DNA of 64,000 bases, taken from IMG/VR virus record IMGVR_UViG_3300028833_000054, positions 182,482-246,481 of that record, one strand, 5' to 3'. Position numbers and translations under genes: made by a program. The number at the start of each line of letters is the position of its first letter. Positions within the stretch are counted from its first letter, which is position 1. The notes beneath the pieces were generated by a model. The model was not told the DNA's origin. It saw only the letters and a program-made list of their open reading frames with translations, and ran no database searches. The stretch comes from a virus (Duplodnaviria; Heunggongvirae; Uroviricota; Caudoviricetes). This document shows, piece after piece, positions 36,407-45,832 of the stretch.

Positions 36407-37680
36407 TATTCTAATTCTATATTTTCAGTAAGGCAGCGTTCATAGTCAACTCCAGTGACTTTCGGAATGACAGCTCCTCCTTTCTCTACAAAGACGTAAG
36501 CACCTATCTGTAGATTCAATTGATTGATATAATCAATGTTGTTCAAAGAGGCTTTAGATACAGTAGAACCGTCAATCTCAACAGGTTCAAGGATTCCTAC
36601 TGGAGTAAGCTTGCCAGTTCTACCCATCTGCCACTCAACACTAAGAAGCTTAGTAGAAGCAGATTCTTGTTTGAACTTGAAAGCCTTGGCCCATTTAGGT
36701 ACCTTCTGTGTATAACCCATCTGAAGTTGTTTCTCAATTGAGTCAAATTTGATCACACAACCGTCCATGCAGTAATCCTGCTTCTTCAAAAATCTATCTT
36801 CAAATTCTTTGATGAATGTAAGAACAGTATGTTGGTCAAGCGCAAGCCAATAATTAGGTGCATTGAAACCAAAAATATTTGCTACGGTAAGAGCCTTTGC
36901 TTGGCTGTCAAGATAAAGTTTATTGAATAAATCGTCATCATCAACAAATACTGCAAACGGCATAAACAAAAGCTTACGACTAGCTGTAACTTTCGGGTCA
37001 AGTTGTTTAATAGAGCCGGCAGCACAATTTCTCTCATTCGCAAACAAAGGAAGACCTTGCTCTTCACGTTCTTTATTGATTCTTTTGAATTCTGCTTTTG
37101 ACATCAGAATCTCACCGCGGATTTCAACATACTTAGGAACATAAATCTCCCAAAAATGATAGTCATTGACTACATCTGGATATATCATTCCATTTTCGTT
37201 TTTGTTTCCGTTAATTTTTAACTTCAAAGGAATAGACCTGATAGTCTTTACATTCTCAAGAATATTGTCACCTTTAAGACCAGAACCTCTAGTAGAAGCA
37301 GAAACAAGAACACCATCAACATAGATAAGAGAACAAGAAACTCCATCATATTTAGGCTCAACTATCCATGTATTGTATCCGTCATCTACAGATTCCATCC
37401 AAGACTTAAGCTCTTCCATATCATAGCAATTTGCAATAGAGCCCATGATACGTTTTCTTTCAACCGTAGTGAAGCCATCTTGCAAATCAGAACCTACACG
37501 TTGAGTCGGAGAATAAGGAAGAATGTAACCAGTCTCAGCCTCGAGTTCTTCCAACTGTTTCATTTTCATATCAAACATATAGTCTGACATGGTAGGTTCA
37601 CACTTTACATAATAATCATAATTTGCCTGGTTGAGTTCTTCAACAAGGTCTTCAATCAAACCATTTTTACTAATATCCAT
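36406..37680 (-). CDS. ligA: NAD-dependent DNA ligase, N-terminal fragment (Ia, adenylation/NTase and OB domains)
   Basis: SPTQRVG, adenylation motif EPKYDGVSCSLIY (KxDG), TRGSG, NERNCAAGS, AFKFK, MGRTGKLTPVGILEPV, collinear with E. coli LigA residues 1-~405. Ends exactly at the OB/Zn-finger boundary. Confidence 0.8.
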   Translation of the reverse strand: MDISKNGLIEDLVEELNQANYDYYVKCEPTMSDYMFDMKMKQLEELEAETGYILPYSPTQRVGSDLQDGFTTVERKRIMGSIANCYDMEELKSWMESVDDGYNTWIVEPKYDGVSCSLIYVDGVLVSASTRGSGLKGDNILENVKTIRSIPLKLKINGNKNENGMIYPDVVNDYHFWEIYVPKYVEIRGEILMSKAEFKRINKEREEQGLPLFANERNCAAGSIKQLDPKVTASRKLLFMPFAVFVDDDDLFNKLYLDSQAKALTVANIFGFNAPNYWLALDQHTVLTFIKEFEDRFLKKQDYCMDGCVIKFDSIEKQLQMGYTQKVPKWAKAFKFKQESASTKLLSVEWQMGRTGKLTPVGILEPVEIDGSTVSKASLNNIDYINQLNLQIGAYVFVEKGGAVIPKVTGVDYERCLTENIELE

Positions 37681-37710
37681 AACAAATATTGTATATTAGA
37701 ATATTATTAG

Positions 37711-38454
37711 TTATTTTACAAAAGTTCCGTCTTTGACAATCCAGCCACCTTCATCTTCAAACATCTCATAAAGGTCTTTCTTTGTATTCCAGTCTTCTGC
37801 CGTTTTCAGATATTCAGGAATTTTGTCGCAACATTCAAACACATTGAAACGATAATCTTTTGTCTTAATTACATAAGCATTCTTGACAGTTTTCTGAAGA
37901 GACTCATCTTCACAATATTTCTTAAATTCCTGTTCAATTGTATCATATTTGTCGAGTCTCGTCTTAAAACAAACATGATTTCCACCGTAATCTTCAATAA
38001 AGAAAATATAATGGTCTACAGTAGCAGAAACATTTTCATCAAGTTTAAGTTTATCTTTGAATACATCTGAAATCTTCAAATCAAATCCTTTTCTTTCAAG
38101 AATAACATTGATAGTATTCATCTTAGACATAAATACTCTATCATGTGCAATCTCGTGTGAACATCTTTTATAGCGTTCTTCAGAAACATGAGAGTCTTGC
38201 CACAAATGAATCATCTCATGAATAAGAATTTCCTGAATCTGTCGCTCAGTAAATACAAAATACCTGCAGAAAGCAATATCATGAATATTACCGTTCTTCG
38301 TTGGCTTATCACGATGACGAGAAAATCCTGCAGCATAAGCAAGACGATGAAGCATGAAATTTATTTTGTTTGCTCTTGGAAGAGAATTATTAAAGAGCAA
38401 AGCATTAAATAATTCATAATTTGATTTGATATTTTCAAGGTCTTTCTTATTCAT
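37711..38454 (-). CDS. HExxH zinc-metallopeptidase-like protein (SprT/WLM-like)
   Basis: ILIHEMIHLWQDSH ... CSHEIAH motif arrangement. 247 aa. Confidence 0.4.
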   Translation of the reverse strand: MNKKDLENIKSNYELFNALLFNNSLPRANKINFMLHRLAYAAGFSRHRDKPTKNGNIHDIAFCRYFVFTERQIQEILIHEMIHLWQDSHVSEERYKRCSHEIAHDRVFMSKMNTINVILERKGFDLKISDVFKDKLKLDENVSATVDHYIFFIEDYGGNHVCFKTRLDKYDTIEQEFKKYCEDESLQKTVKNAYVIKTKDYRFNVFECCDKIPEYLKTAEDWNTKKDLYEMFEDEGGWIVKDGTFVK

Positions 38455-39109
38455 AATTGTAAATATACTTAAATTTTGTTAAATCTATTTGTACATGATA
38501 TTCTTTTTCCTTTGTGGTACTAAACACTTCAGAAGAAACCAATACTGTGTCTTTACCAGAATAAACTAAAAATTTATTAGCATCAGAAATATATTGATAG
38601 TAAGAACAATAATCTTTAACAAATGGAAGAAAATAATCTCTCCATCTTTCAAGAAGTTCATCTGCTGCGCTTCTTGATATTTCTGCAAAAACTTTTTGAA
38701 AATTAGAAGAGATATATATTTTTTCTAAAAATACAAATGGATATACGGGATTAAAAATAAAACTATTGAAATCTTTTAAATTTCTCATATATGTCGGACT
38801 GGGTGCATACGGATATATCAAGCTTTTTTGAAATTTTACTGCGTATGATGGATTTTTACTAGCATAATCTTGTTGCAGTGTCATTGGCTTTCTTTCATAA
38901 ATACCAAATTCACCATAAGCAAAACCTTGTCCTTGTGTTCTAAGTATATTTTTTATATAATCATAATATTCTTCCTTTGTATAAATAACAGTATTGTTTG
39001 AAGAAAATCTCTTACCTAAGAAAATATCTTCAAACAATATCTTATCTTCTTCAGAAGCAATATTTTCAATATAATTTTTAAATATATCTACTAAATTCAG
39101 TACTTCCAT
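38447..39109 (-). CDS. Hypothetical protein
   Basis: 220-aa ORF. Confidence 0.4.
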   Translation of the reverse strand: MEVLNLVDIFKNYIENIASEEDKILFEDIFLGKRFSSNNTVIYTKEEYYDYIKNILRTQGQGFAYGEFGIYERKPMTLQQDYASKNPSYAVKFQKSLIYPYAPSPTYMRNLKDFNSFIFNPVYPFVFLEKIYISSNFQKVFAEISRSAADELLERWRDYFLPFVKDYCSYYQYISDANKFLVYSGKDTVLVSSEVFSTTKEKEYHVQIDLTKFKYIYNYE

Positions 39110-39200
39110 ATACTTTTGGTTTAAACAAATATATGAAAAATCTCAGACAATAAAAAATTTTATTGCCTGAGAACAAAGAATATATAGAGATAGAAACCTT

Positions 39201-39440
39201 TTACTTAGTGGAATTTTTACCACCTATGGTAGTTGTTTGCCACTCGCCTTCCAATCCCTTAGTCGTATACCCTGGTACAAATCCCGGGAAAGCTGTACCA
39301 CGAGTAGTTACTTTACCCATGTGCGCGTTATCAAGTGCCTTCCGCATACCGGCATATGATGCTGGATGATCAGATAAATTACCTTGAGGAATCAGACGTG
39401 GTGCGCCAACATCTACAGGTTTCATGTGTTCATTACTCAT
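39201..39440 (-). CDS. Hypothetical small protein in a GC-rich patch
   Basis: 79-aa ORF. A plus-strand 68-aa ORF (39163-39369) overlaps it. The coding strand is uncertain. Confidence 0.25.
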   Translation of the reverse strand: MSNEHMKPVDVGAPRLIPQGNLSDHPASYAGMRKALDNAHMGKVTTRGTAFPGFVPGYTTKGLEGEWQTTTIGGKNSTK

Positions 39441-39491
39441 AATATTATATACATAACTTTTTATATTTATTACAAAAATAAAAATAAAAGT

Positions 39492-40112
39492 TTATCGTCT
39501 TCCTCCACGGTGTTGATTTCCATTAGGTCTGTGATTTTCACTAGGTCTTGAACCAGGTTGTGGCTTTGGTGGAGGTGGTGTAGGACGATACCTTGGAAGA
39601 GGCATTGGTCTTGGACGATAATATAGTCTTGTATGATTATATGGAATAATTGTTCTTTCATAATAAAAATCATAAATTCTTCTATAAAGAACATGATTTC
39701 TAATTACTCCTGTATCTTTATCAACATACTTGTAAATACCTGTAATATCAATTACACCATTTAAATACATTTGATATAACTCAGGAAAATGATTCTTCAA
39801 TACTTCCATCATTTCAGAATGATTTCTGTAATAGTACTTCATAAAATGATACTTGACTTTGTAATCAACTGTACCATCTTCAAGTACAACTTCTTTCATT
39901 GAGTCAACATCCAAAACTCCTTCCATATAATATGTATAAAGTTGAGGATAATGATTTGCAAGAACATAAGAAATCTCGTCCATCTCTTTGACTCTTCTTT
40001 GATTTGCATAAGATGCTGTTGCACAAGATATGAAAATCATTGATGAAATCAATACGAGTAATAAACTAAATTTTTTCATAGTTAACGATCTTTGTAATTT
40101 TTCTCTAGCCAA
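39492..40112 (-). CDS. Secreted/lipoprotein with two ~45-aa internal repeats and a Pro-rich basic C-terminal tail
   Basis: Signal peptide MKKFSLLLVLISSMIFISCATA (the likely start is the internal Met at ~40079). Repeats LKNHFPELYQMY / LANHYPQLYTYYM. C-terminal PRPMPLPRYRPTPPPPKPQPGSRP. Confidence 0.45.
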   Translation of the reverse strand: MAREKLQRSLTMKKFSLLLVLISSMIFISCATASYANQRRVKEMDEISYVLANHYPQLYTYYMEGVLDVDSMKEVVLEDGTVDYKVKYHFMKYYYRNHSEMMEVLKNHFPELYQMYLNGVIDITGIYKYVDKDTGVIRNHVLYRRIYDFYYERTIIPYNHTRLYYRPRPMPLPRYRPTPPPPKPQPGSRPSENHRPNGNQHRGGRR

Positions 40113-41185
40113 GTTTGATATGTTCCAGAAATAACATTGTTCAACCAGTCTTCATTGTCTAAATACCATTTGACAGTTTTTTCAATTCCGGTGTCAAATG
40201 TTTCTTCTGGCTTCCAACCAAGTTCATTCTGCAATTTACTTGAGTCAATAGCATATCTCAAATCATGGCCTTTTCTATCTGTTACAAATTGTATGCTAGA
40301 CTCATAAGTTCTAACCCACAACGGCTCAGGATTTGTAATATATTTTTTATTGCTTCTAAGTTGTTTTTCATGTGCAAATACTTTAATAATCTTCTTGATT
40401 ATATCAATATTGCTCATTTCGTGGTTTCCTCCAACATTGTAAGTTTCACCAGACTTTCCATTGTGAAAAATAACATCAATTGCTGCTGCATGGTCTTCAA
40501 CATATAACCAATCTCTTACATTTTCACCTGTTCCATAAACTGGTATTTCTTCATGATTCTTCAACTTGTTTATTACAAGCGGAATAAGTTTTTCTGGAAA
40601 TTGATTTGGTCCGTAATTGTTACTGCAATTGCTAATTGTAACATTCAATCCATAAGTATCATGATAAGCTTTTACAATATGGTCTGAACTTGCTTTACTT
40701 GCAGAATACGGAGAATGAGGATTATATGGAGTAGTTTCAGTAAACTTATTCTCTGGATTCATATCAAGTGCACCATAAACTTCATCAGTTGAAACATGAT
40801 GAAATCTATGAATTGCAAGATTATCTTTCCACTTGTTAAGTGCAACTTCTAACAATCTGTATGTTCCAACAATATTAGTATTGATAAACTCACCCGGGTC
40901 AAGAATACTTCTGTCAACGTGACTTTCTGCAGCAAGATTGATTATATCCGTAACATTGTATAAATCAAATGCGTTTTCAACATCTGCTTTATTTGCAATA
41001 TCACCACAGAAAAACTTGTAATTCTTACTTTCTTCAATATCTTTCAAGTTTTCAAGGTTTCCCGCATAAGTAAGTTTGTCAAAATTAATAATCAAATAAT
41101 TAGGATAGTTTTTAACGAATCTCCTAACAACGTGACTACCGATGAAGCCTGCTCCACCGGTAATCATTATAACTTTCTCAAACAT
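40082..41185 (-). CDS. rmlB: dTDP-glucose 4,6-dehydratase
   Basis: ITGGAGFIGSHVVRRFVKNYPNYLIINFDKLTYAGNLENL N-terminus. SDR YxxxK (YSASKASSDH). Full-length colinearity with RfbB. Confidence 0.85.
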   Translation of the reverse strand: MFEKVIMITGGAGFIGSHVVRRFVKNYPNYLIINFDKLTYAGNLENLKDIEESKNYKFFCGDIANKADVENAFDLYNVTDIINLAAESHVDRSILDPGEFINTNIVGTYRLLEVALNKWKDNLAIHRFHHVSTDEVYGALDMNPENKFTETTPYNPHSPYSASKASSDHIVKAYHDTYGLNVTISNCSNNYGPNQFPEKLIPLVINKLKNHEEIPVYGTGENVRDWLYVEDHAAAIDVIFHNGKSGETYNVGGNHEMSNIDIIKKIIKVFAHEKQLRSNKKYITNPEPLWVRTYESSIQFVTDRKGHDLRYAIDSSKLQNELGWKPEETFDTGIEKTVKWYLDNEDWLNNVISGTYQTWLEKNYKDR

Positions 41186-42107
41186 AAAATCTAAATACTT
41201 TTTCTACTACTCTATCAACAGAAGTTGCCCACTGTGGAATAAAAGCATTATAAATGTTAATAACTTTGTCTTTTGATAACAAACCAAACTTAGGTCTCTC
41301 GACATTGGTAGGATAGTCTGATGTCTTACAAGGTTTGATTACTCCTCCAAAGAACATTGACCTCTTAGCAGCTTCTCTCTTATATGCAGCGAGAACCTCA
41401 CAAGCAAAATCATACCAAGTTGTATAACCTAAATTTGAAAAATGATAAATTCCTGATGTAAATGGTACAGTATTAGATGAATCACCAACAATGACATCAG
41501 TAACAATGAATTTTGCCAAATCACCAGCATAAGTAGGAGTTCCGAACTGGTCATCAACAACATTCATATCCTTGTTGTCCTTCATATTCTGAAGAGTAGT
41601 CAATACGAAATTCTTTCCGTATTCAGAATACAACCAAGATGTTCTGATAATCATATACTCAAGGTCTCCGCGTTTTGCAATATTCTGAATCTCTGTCTCA
41701 CCAAGAAGTTTTGTTCTTCCATAAGTGTTGAGAGGACCAGTAGGAGAATCTTCAGTCTTCAAATCAGGACTTCCGTCAAATACATAATCAGTTGAAATAT
41801 GGATAAGACGAATTTTTGACTTCTCGCAAGCTTCAGCAAGAAGCTTAGGACCATATCCATTTGCAAGGATAGCTGCATCTTCATTGTCAGTACAACCACC
41901 AACATTTGTATATGCAGCACAATTGATTACATAATCATAATCGCCGTCTTCGACATATTTCTTTACATGAGTAGAATCCGAAATATTCATTTCAGGCAAA
42001 TCTACTGCATCATATTCAAAAGAATCTCCGTAATTCTTTATAGCATCAATAATACACTTGCCAAGTTGACCATTGGCACCAGTGATAAGAATTTTAGTTT
42101 TCTGCAT
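41178..42107 (-). CDS. rmlD: dTDP-4-dehydrorhamnose reductase
   Basis: KILITGANGQLGKCI Rossmann start and YGRTKLLGE (YxxxK). About 300 aa. Confidence 0.8.
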   Translation of the reverse strand: MQKTKILITGANGQLGKCIIDAIKNYGDSFEYDAVDLPEMNISDSTHVKKYVEDGDYDYVINCAAYTNVGGCTDNEDAAILANGYGPKLLAEACEKSKIRLIHISTDYVFDGSPDLKTEDSPTGPLNTYGRTKLLGETEIQNIAKRGDLEYMIIRTSWLYSEYGKNFVLTTLQNMKDNKDMNVVDDQFGTPTYAGDLAKFIVTDVIVGDSSNTVPFTSGIYHFSNLGYTTWYDFACEVLAAYKREAAKRSMFFGGVIKPCKTSDYPTNVERPKFGLLSKDKVINIYNAFIPQWATSVDRVVEKVFRFYV

Positions 42108-42675
42108 AATAATCTATATTATAATCAAATAAATTGTTTTCATCTATATCTCCCCAAGTAGGGTGGCAGCAATCCTTCTTAGATAAAATAATAGCTCCAT
42201 CATATACCTTTCCCCAATCAATTCCCACAGAATTCCAGTCAAGTGCTGCTTCAGATTCTTTATCATAAGGATTATCACACTTGTATTGGAAGATTGTATC
42301 ATCTTTCAATGCAATAAATCCGTGGGCAAATCCACGAGGAATGAAAAATTGTTTATGATTGTCTTCAGTAAGAAATACACCGACAAATTTTCCAAAGGTA
42401 GGAGAACCTTTTCTAATATCTACTGCAACATCATAGACTGCACCTTTTACTACTCTAACGAGTTTTGACTGTGCAAATGGTGGTTTCTGCCAGTGAAGAC
42501 CTCTGATAACTCCAGCTCTTGATTTACTTTCATTATCTTGAACGAAAGTTGTGTTGCAAACTAATTCTCTAAACTGTTTGTCATTAAACGATTCAAAAAA
42601 ATGACCTCTGTCATCTTTAAAAATATCTGGGTCAATCACATAGACACCAGGAATTTCTTGTTCTGTTACTTTCAT
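42094..42675 (-). CDS. rmlC: dTDP-4-dehydrorhamnose 3,5-epimerase
   Basis: Cupin signature FVQDNESKSRAGVIRGLHWQ...KLVRVVKGAVYDVAVDIRKGSPTFGKF...PRGFAHGF. Confidence 0.8.
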   Translation of the reverse strand: MKVTEQEIPGVYVIDPDIFKDDRGHFFESFNDKQFRELVCNTTFVQDNESKSRAGVIRGLHWQKPPFAQSKLVRVVKGAVYDVAVDIRKGSPTFGKFVGVFLTEDNHKQFFIPRGFAHGFIALKDDTIFQYKCDNPYDKESEAALDWNSVGIDWGKVYDGAIILSKKDCCHPTWGDIDENNLFDYNIDYYAEN

Positions 42676-42739
42676 ACAATTATAACTATACTATTCTTTA
42701 AAATTGTATAAAATATATGAACAAAATATTAAACAAAAA

Positions 42740-42767
42740 AGGAATCTTTTTCAGATTCCTTTCTTTT
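42740..42767 (-). terminator. Bidirectional terminator-like hairpin downstream of the portal gene
   Basis: aggaatct/agattcct 8-bp stem with a 5-nt loop, between an A6 run and a T-rich run. Confidence 0.5.
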
Positions 42768-44577
42768 ACATTCCAAGGTCAGGTGGTGGAGCTTGTGGTA
42801 ATTCTCCTGTACCTGCTCCCATATCTGGTGCTTCTTCTGGGCCGCCACCTGCTTCTTCTGGGCCTCCGCCCATATCCATGCCGCCACCCATGTCAGGACC
42901 GCCCATATCCATTCCACCGCCGAGGTCCATGCCTCCCATATCTCCGCCAGGACCTCCAGGACCGGCACCTGCTTGAGCTTCCTTCTGAGCTTTTTCTGCT
43001 TTCTTCTTCTCATCTTCAAGCATCTTTTGATTGAGTGCCCAGTCATCATCAGTAAAACTTAAATATCTCTGAAGCAAGAACTTCATACTGAATACTGGAG
43101 ATTGGTCTGGATTTTGAAGTTGTGCCAATGTTTGGACTATACCTGTTCCTTGCTCCAGGATAGCCTTTTCCTTTGCTAAAGCGAATACATTCTCTTCAAC
43201 AAACTCTAATCCTAAGGCATTTTTTAGAATATTACTTGATGCAAATTCAGGATATTTCAAGCAGAACTGGTTCCACATTGGCTTCAAAAGAAGTTCCTTG
43301 ATAATATCACGGATTCTTCCAATGAACAAGCTATATTTGTATTCTTCCCTTGTCATATTGCTGTTATCAGGAACAACAGAAACTTCTTGTCCATCAAACA
43401 ACATATTGAATCTATCCTTAGGCAATCTTGTTTCAATCATGAATCTCTGCCAGAACCATTTCAAAGTTTCAGTAGAATTCAAATCATGACCTTCAACACC
43501 AAGTTCTGAAATTTCAGTTTGCTGACCATCTTTACTTGGAAATACAAAGTTCTTTGCAAATGCAAATTTAGGTTGACCATTGACAGTAATTTCACCAGAC
43601 ATGTTGTCAATGTTAATATCTTCTTTGTACCTTGACTCAAGCTCACGAAGTCTTGTCTTAATTCTTTGTTCTGATTGAGTTCCTACAGGAACAACAATTT
43701 TAATTCTCTTCTGTGCATTCTGAATATTCCAAATAATATGAGAATTTTCAAGAGTACGAAGCATATTAAAAGAGTGAATAAGTCTTTCACAATATGACAA
43801 ATGAGATACAAAACTGTTCTTTGCCCATGAAATATAGATAACATTAGTATCAGGAAGAATTCTTTCCTTTACACTGTCACCTTTATACTGAATCCAAACT
43901 TTATACTCATTTCCATAAGCATCTGTTTTAATTTCAGGTTGCAATGTAATAGGATCAAGTTCTTGGAAACCAACTATATCAGTAGCCTTTGTTCCTTCTT
44001 TATTGGATGAATAAATTATTTCAAATGCAAGAAAACCGTCAATCAAGAATTTCTTAACATAAGACCAAGCATCATTTCCTTCATTAAAATGGAATAAATG
44101 ATATACTCTTCTGTATGCTAAATTGATACCATCTACAATTTCTTTACCATTCTCTTTCTTAAGAATTGATTTCAATTGTTTTGTATTCGGATATGCGAAG
44201 TAATGCATATCATCATTAACAATGGTCTCATCAGCAATTGTTTCAAGAACATAGTTGATTTCACCTTGAAGTGCAAACTTTCTAAGGAAATCACGACGCA
44301 TCTGATAAGATTGGTCATAATATGCAATATAGTCATTTTGACCTGCAATATTAGCATGCTTTCTGTATTCCTCATTGTCATATATCATTTGGTTGGTGAG
44401 ATTGTCATTCATGGCAGTCTCATCAGCACCAATACCTCTCATCTGTTTGATAAGAGAACTATTCCATTTAATGCCAATTGCAGACAAATTAAGAAGATTA
44501 GACTCTAGCCTTCTTCTTGCATTTCCGTCAGTATCATTCTTATTGTCTAAGGTTTTTAATATGTATCTCTTAGGCAT
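42766..44577 (-). CDS. Portal protein (T4 gp20-like) with C-terminal Gly/Met/Asp-rich repetitive tail
   Basis: Core resembles gp20 (ERLIHSFNMLRTLENSHIIWNI..., TETLKWFWQRFMIETRLPKDRF compared with T4 [22 protein letters not shown]). C-terminal ~70 aa GPGGPGGDMGGMDLGGGMDMGGPDMGGGMDMGGGPEEAGGGPEEAP. Confidence 0.6.
   Translation of the reverse strand: MPKRYILKTLDNKNDTDGNARRRLESNLLNLSAIGIKWNSSLIKQMRGIGADETAMNDNLTNQMIYDNEEYRKHANIAGQNDYIAYYDQSYQMRRDFLRKFALQGEINYVLETIADETIVNDDMHYFAYPNTKQLKSILKKENGKEIVDGINLAYRRVYHLFHFNEGNDAWSYVKKFLIDGFLAFEIIYSSNKEGTKATDIVGFQELDPITLQPEIKTDAYGNEYKVWIQYKGDSVKERILPDTNVIYISWAKNSFVSHLSYCERLIHSFNMLRTLENSHIIWNIQNAQKRIKIVVPVGTQSEQRIKTRLRELESRYKEDINIDNMSGEITVNGQPKFAFAKNFVFPSKDGQQTEISELGVEGHDLNSTETLKWFWQRFMIETRLPKDRFNMLFDGQEVSVVPDNSNMTREEYKYSLFIGRIRDIIKELLLKPMWNQFCLKYPEFASSNILKNALGLEFVEENVFALAKEKAILEQGTGIVQTLAQLQNPDQSPVFSMKFLLQRYLSFTDDDWALNQKMLEDEKKKAEKAQKEAQAGAGPGGPGGDMGGMDLGGGMDMGGPDMGGGMDMGGGPEEAGGGPEEAPDMGAGTGELPQAPPPDLGM
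42790..42960 (-). repeat. Short tandem coding repeats (GGMDMGG units) at the portal C-terminus
   Basis: Repeated ccatatccat gcc(a/g)cc(a/g)cc units. Generates spurious ORFs in other frames. Confidence 0.55.
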
Positions 44578-44601
44578 TATAATACAATTTCATTTTTATA
44601 T

Positions 44602-45246
44602 TTATTTGTCCTTTCTTATGATAGACTCTTGCACTACAGCTAAATTTGCACCTCTAATTGAATCTGTAAATACTAAATAAGGAATATATTCCCAAACGTC
44701 ATATTCAATGAGACGGATATTTTCAATTGCACTCTTCTTATATTTTCTATATGCTTTTGATATTGGAACTCCACACATGCCGTCAAATACCTTAAGCAAT
44801 TCCTTTCTTCTTGTCTCATCAACTAAGTTCATCATCAAAGAATTACTGAGTTGCAGTCCTTCATTATAAATTCCATAAGAATAAAAATCAGGATTTGATT
44901 TTGCAATTATATCAAGCAATCTACCTCTTACATCATTAGGAAGAAGATTAAAATTTATTCCATATATATACTTGTCATCAACATTTGTACAGAATATAAC
45001 AGGAACATAATCTCTAAATTCATATTTTCCTTCTTTGTCAATATGTTCAGAATTATACTTAAATGTATAAATTAAAGACGGCAATACATCCTTTGTGTAA
45101 TCTTCCATATGTAATCCTGTAACCTGCTTTGATTTATATGGCCCTCTTAAATTTTTATCAAGTGTGTCTGTTACAAGATATTCAAATGCCAACTTTTCAA
45201 GAGTTCGTTTGTCAGAATTATTTCTATAACTATCGTAAAATCCCAT
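44602..45246 (-). CDS. Hypothetical protein
   Basis: 214-aa ORF between the portal and gp4-like genes. Confidence 0.4.
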   Translation of the reverse strand: MGFYDSYRNNSDKRTLEKLAFEYLVTDTLDKNLRGPYKSKQVTGLHMEDYTKDVLPSLIYTFKYNSEHIDKEGKYEFRDYVPVIFCTNVDDKYIYGINFNLLPNDVRGRLLDIIAKSNPDFYSYGIYNEGLQLSNSLMMNLVDETRRKELLKVFDGMCGVPISKAYRKYKKSAIENIRLIEYDVWEYIPYLVFTDSIRGANLAVVQESIIRKDK

Positions 45247-45247
45247 A

Positions 45248-45832
45248 TTAAATTATTCCCATTTTTTGAAGAGTAACCTCTGTAAATACTCTAAATTCAA
45301 TTCCTCTTTCTTCACACCAAGCAACTGCTGCTTTCCACTTTGCATTATTCTGCAAATAAGTTCTTGCAGCTTCATTAAATCTTTTCTGCTCTTGTAATTT
45401 TGCACCAACAGGAGGAGGAACAGGTCTCTCTGTTTGATGTTTCGGTTTTATTTCAATGAACATCTTTTTTGTCTTTGTTCCATCTTCATCATCATCTGCT
45501 CTAATCTCAAGATAAAAATCTGGATAATAATTGTTTATTGGCCAATTTGCTGGGTCAAGAGGAGAAGAATTATATTTTCTGCAAGCATCTAAGTCAACAG
45601 CTGCAGGATTCTTATATTGAATTGAAGCAGTCTCACAGCCCCACTCAATAACAGCAGGATTGTCATCACACCAACGAGCAAATGCCATTTCCCAAGCTGA
45701 ACGGTAAATAACTTCACCTCCAACTACTTTACTTGGATTTTTTGGAACATAGACACCTTGATGCGGTTTTCCCGATTTCTCCTCATTCATTATGTTTGGT
45801 CTATGAGATTTTTTATATGCTAAGGTACTCAT
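45248..45832 (-). CDS. Head completion protein (T4 gp4-like, nuclease fold)
   Basis: GVYVPKNPSKVVGGEVIYRSAWEMAF...VIEWGCETASIQYKNP and C-terminal AKWKAAVAWCEERGIEFRVFTE parallel gp4 (KWVPKNPQKY..., AKWEAAERYANKLGVKF). PD-(D/E)xK-like YPDFYLEI...FIEIKP. Confidence 0.55.
   Translation of the reverse strand: MSTLAYKKSHRPNIMNEEKSGKPHQGVYVPKNPSKVVGGEVIYRSAWEMAFARWCDDNPAVIEWGCETASIQYKNPAAVDLDACRKYNSSPLDPANWPINNYYPDFYLEIRADDDEDGTKTKKMFIEIKPKHQTERPVPPPVGAKLQEQKRFNEAARTYLQNNAKWKAAVAWCEERGIEFRVFTEVTLQKMGII

Noticed and set aside
39163-39440. tRNA or CRISPR-like element in the GC-rich patch
   Set aside because: No acceptor/T-arm (GGTTCGAATCC-like) pattern or cloverleaf could be folded. No direct repeats with spacers were seen anywhere in the window.
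42704-43049. Three Pro/Gly or Lys/Arg-rich ORFs overlapping the portal 3' end
   Set aside because: They are alternative-frame readings of the GGMDMGG coding repeat. The portal frame is continuous with gp20-like sequence.
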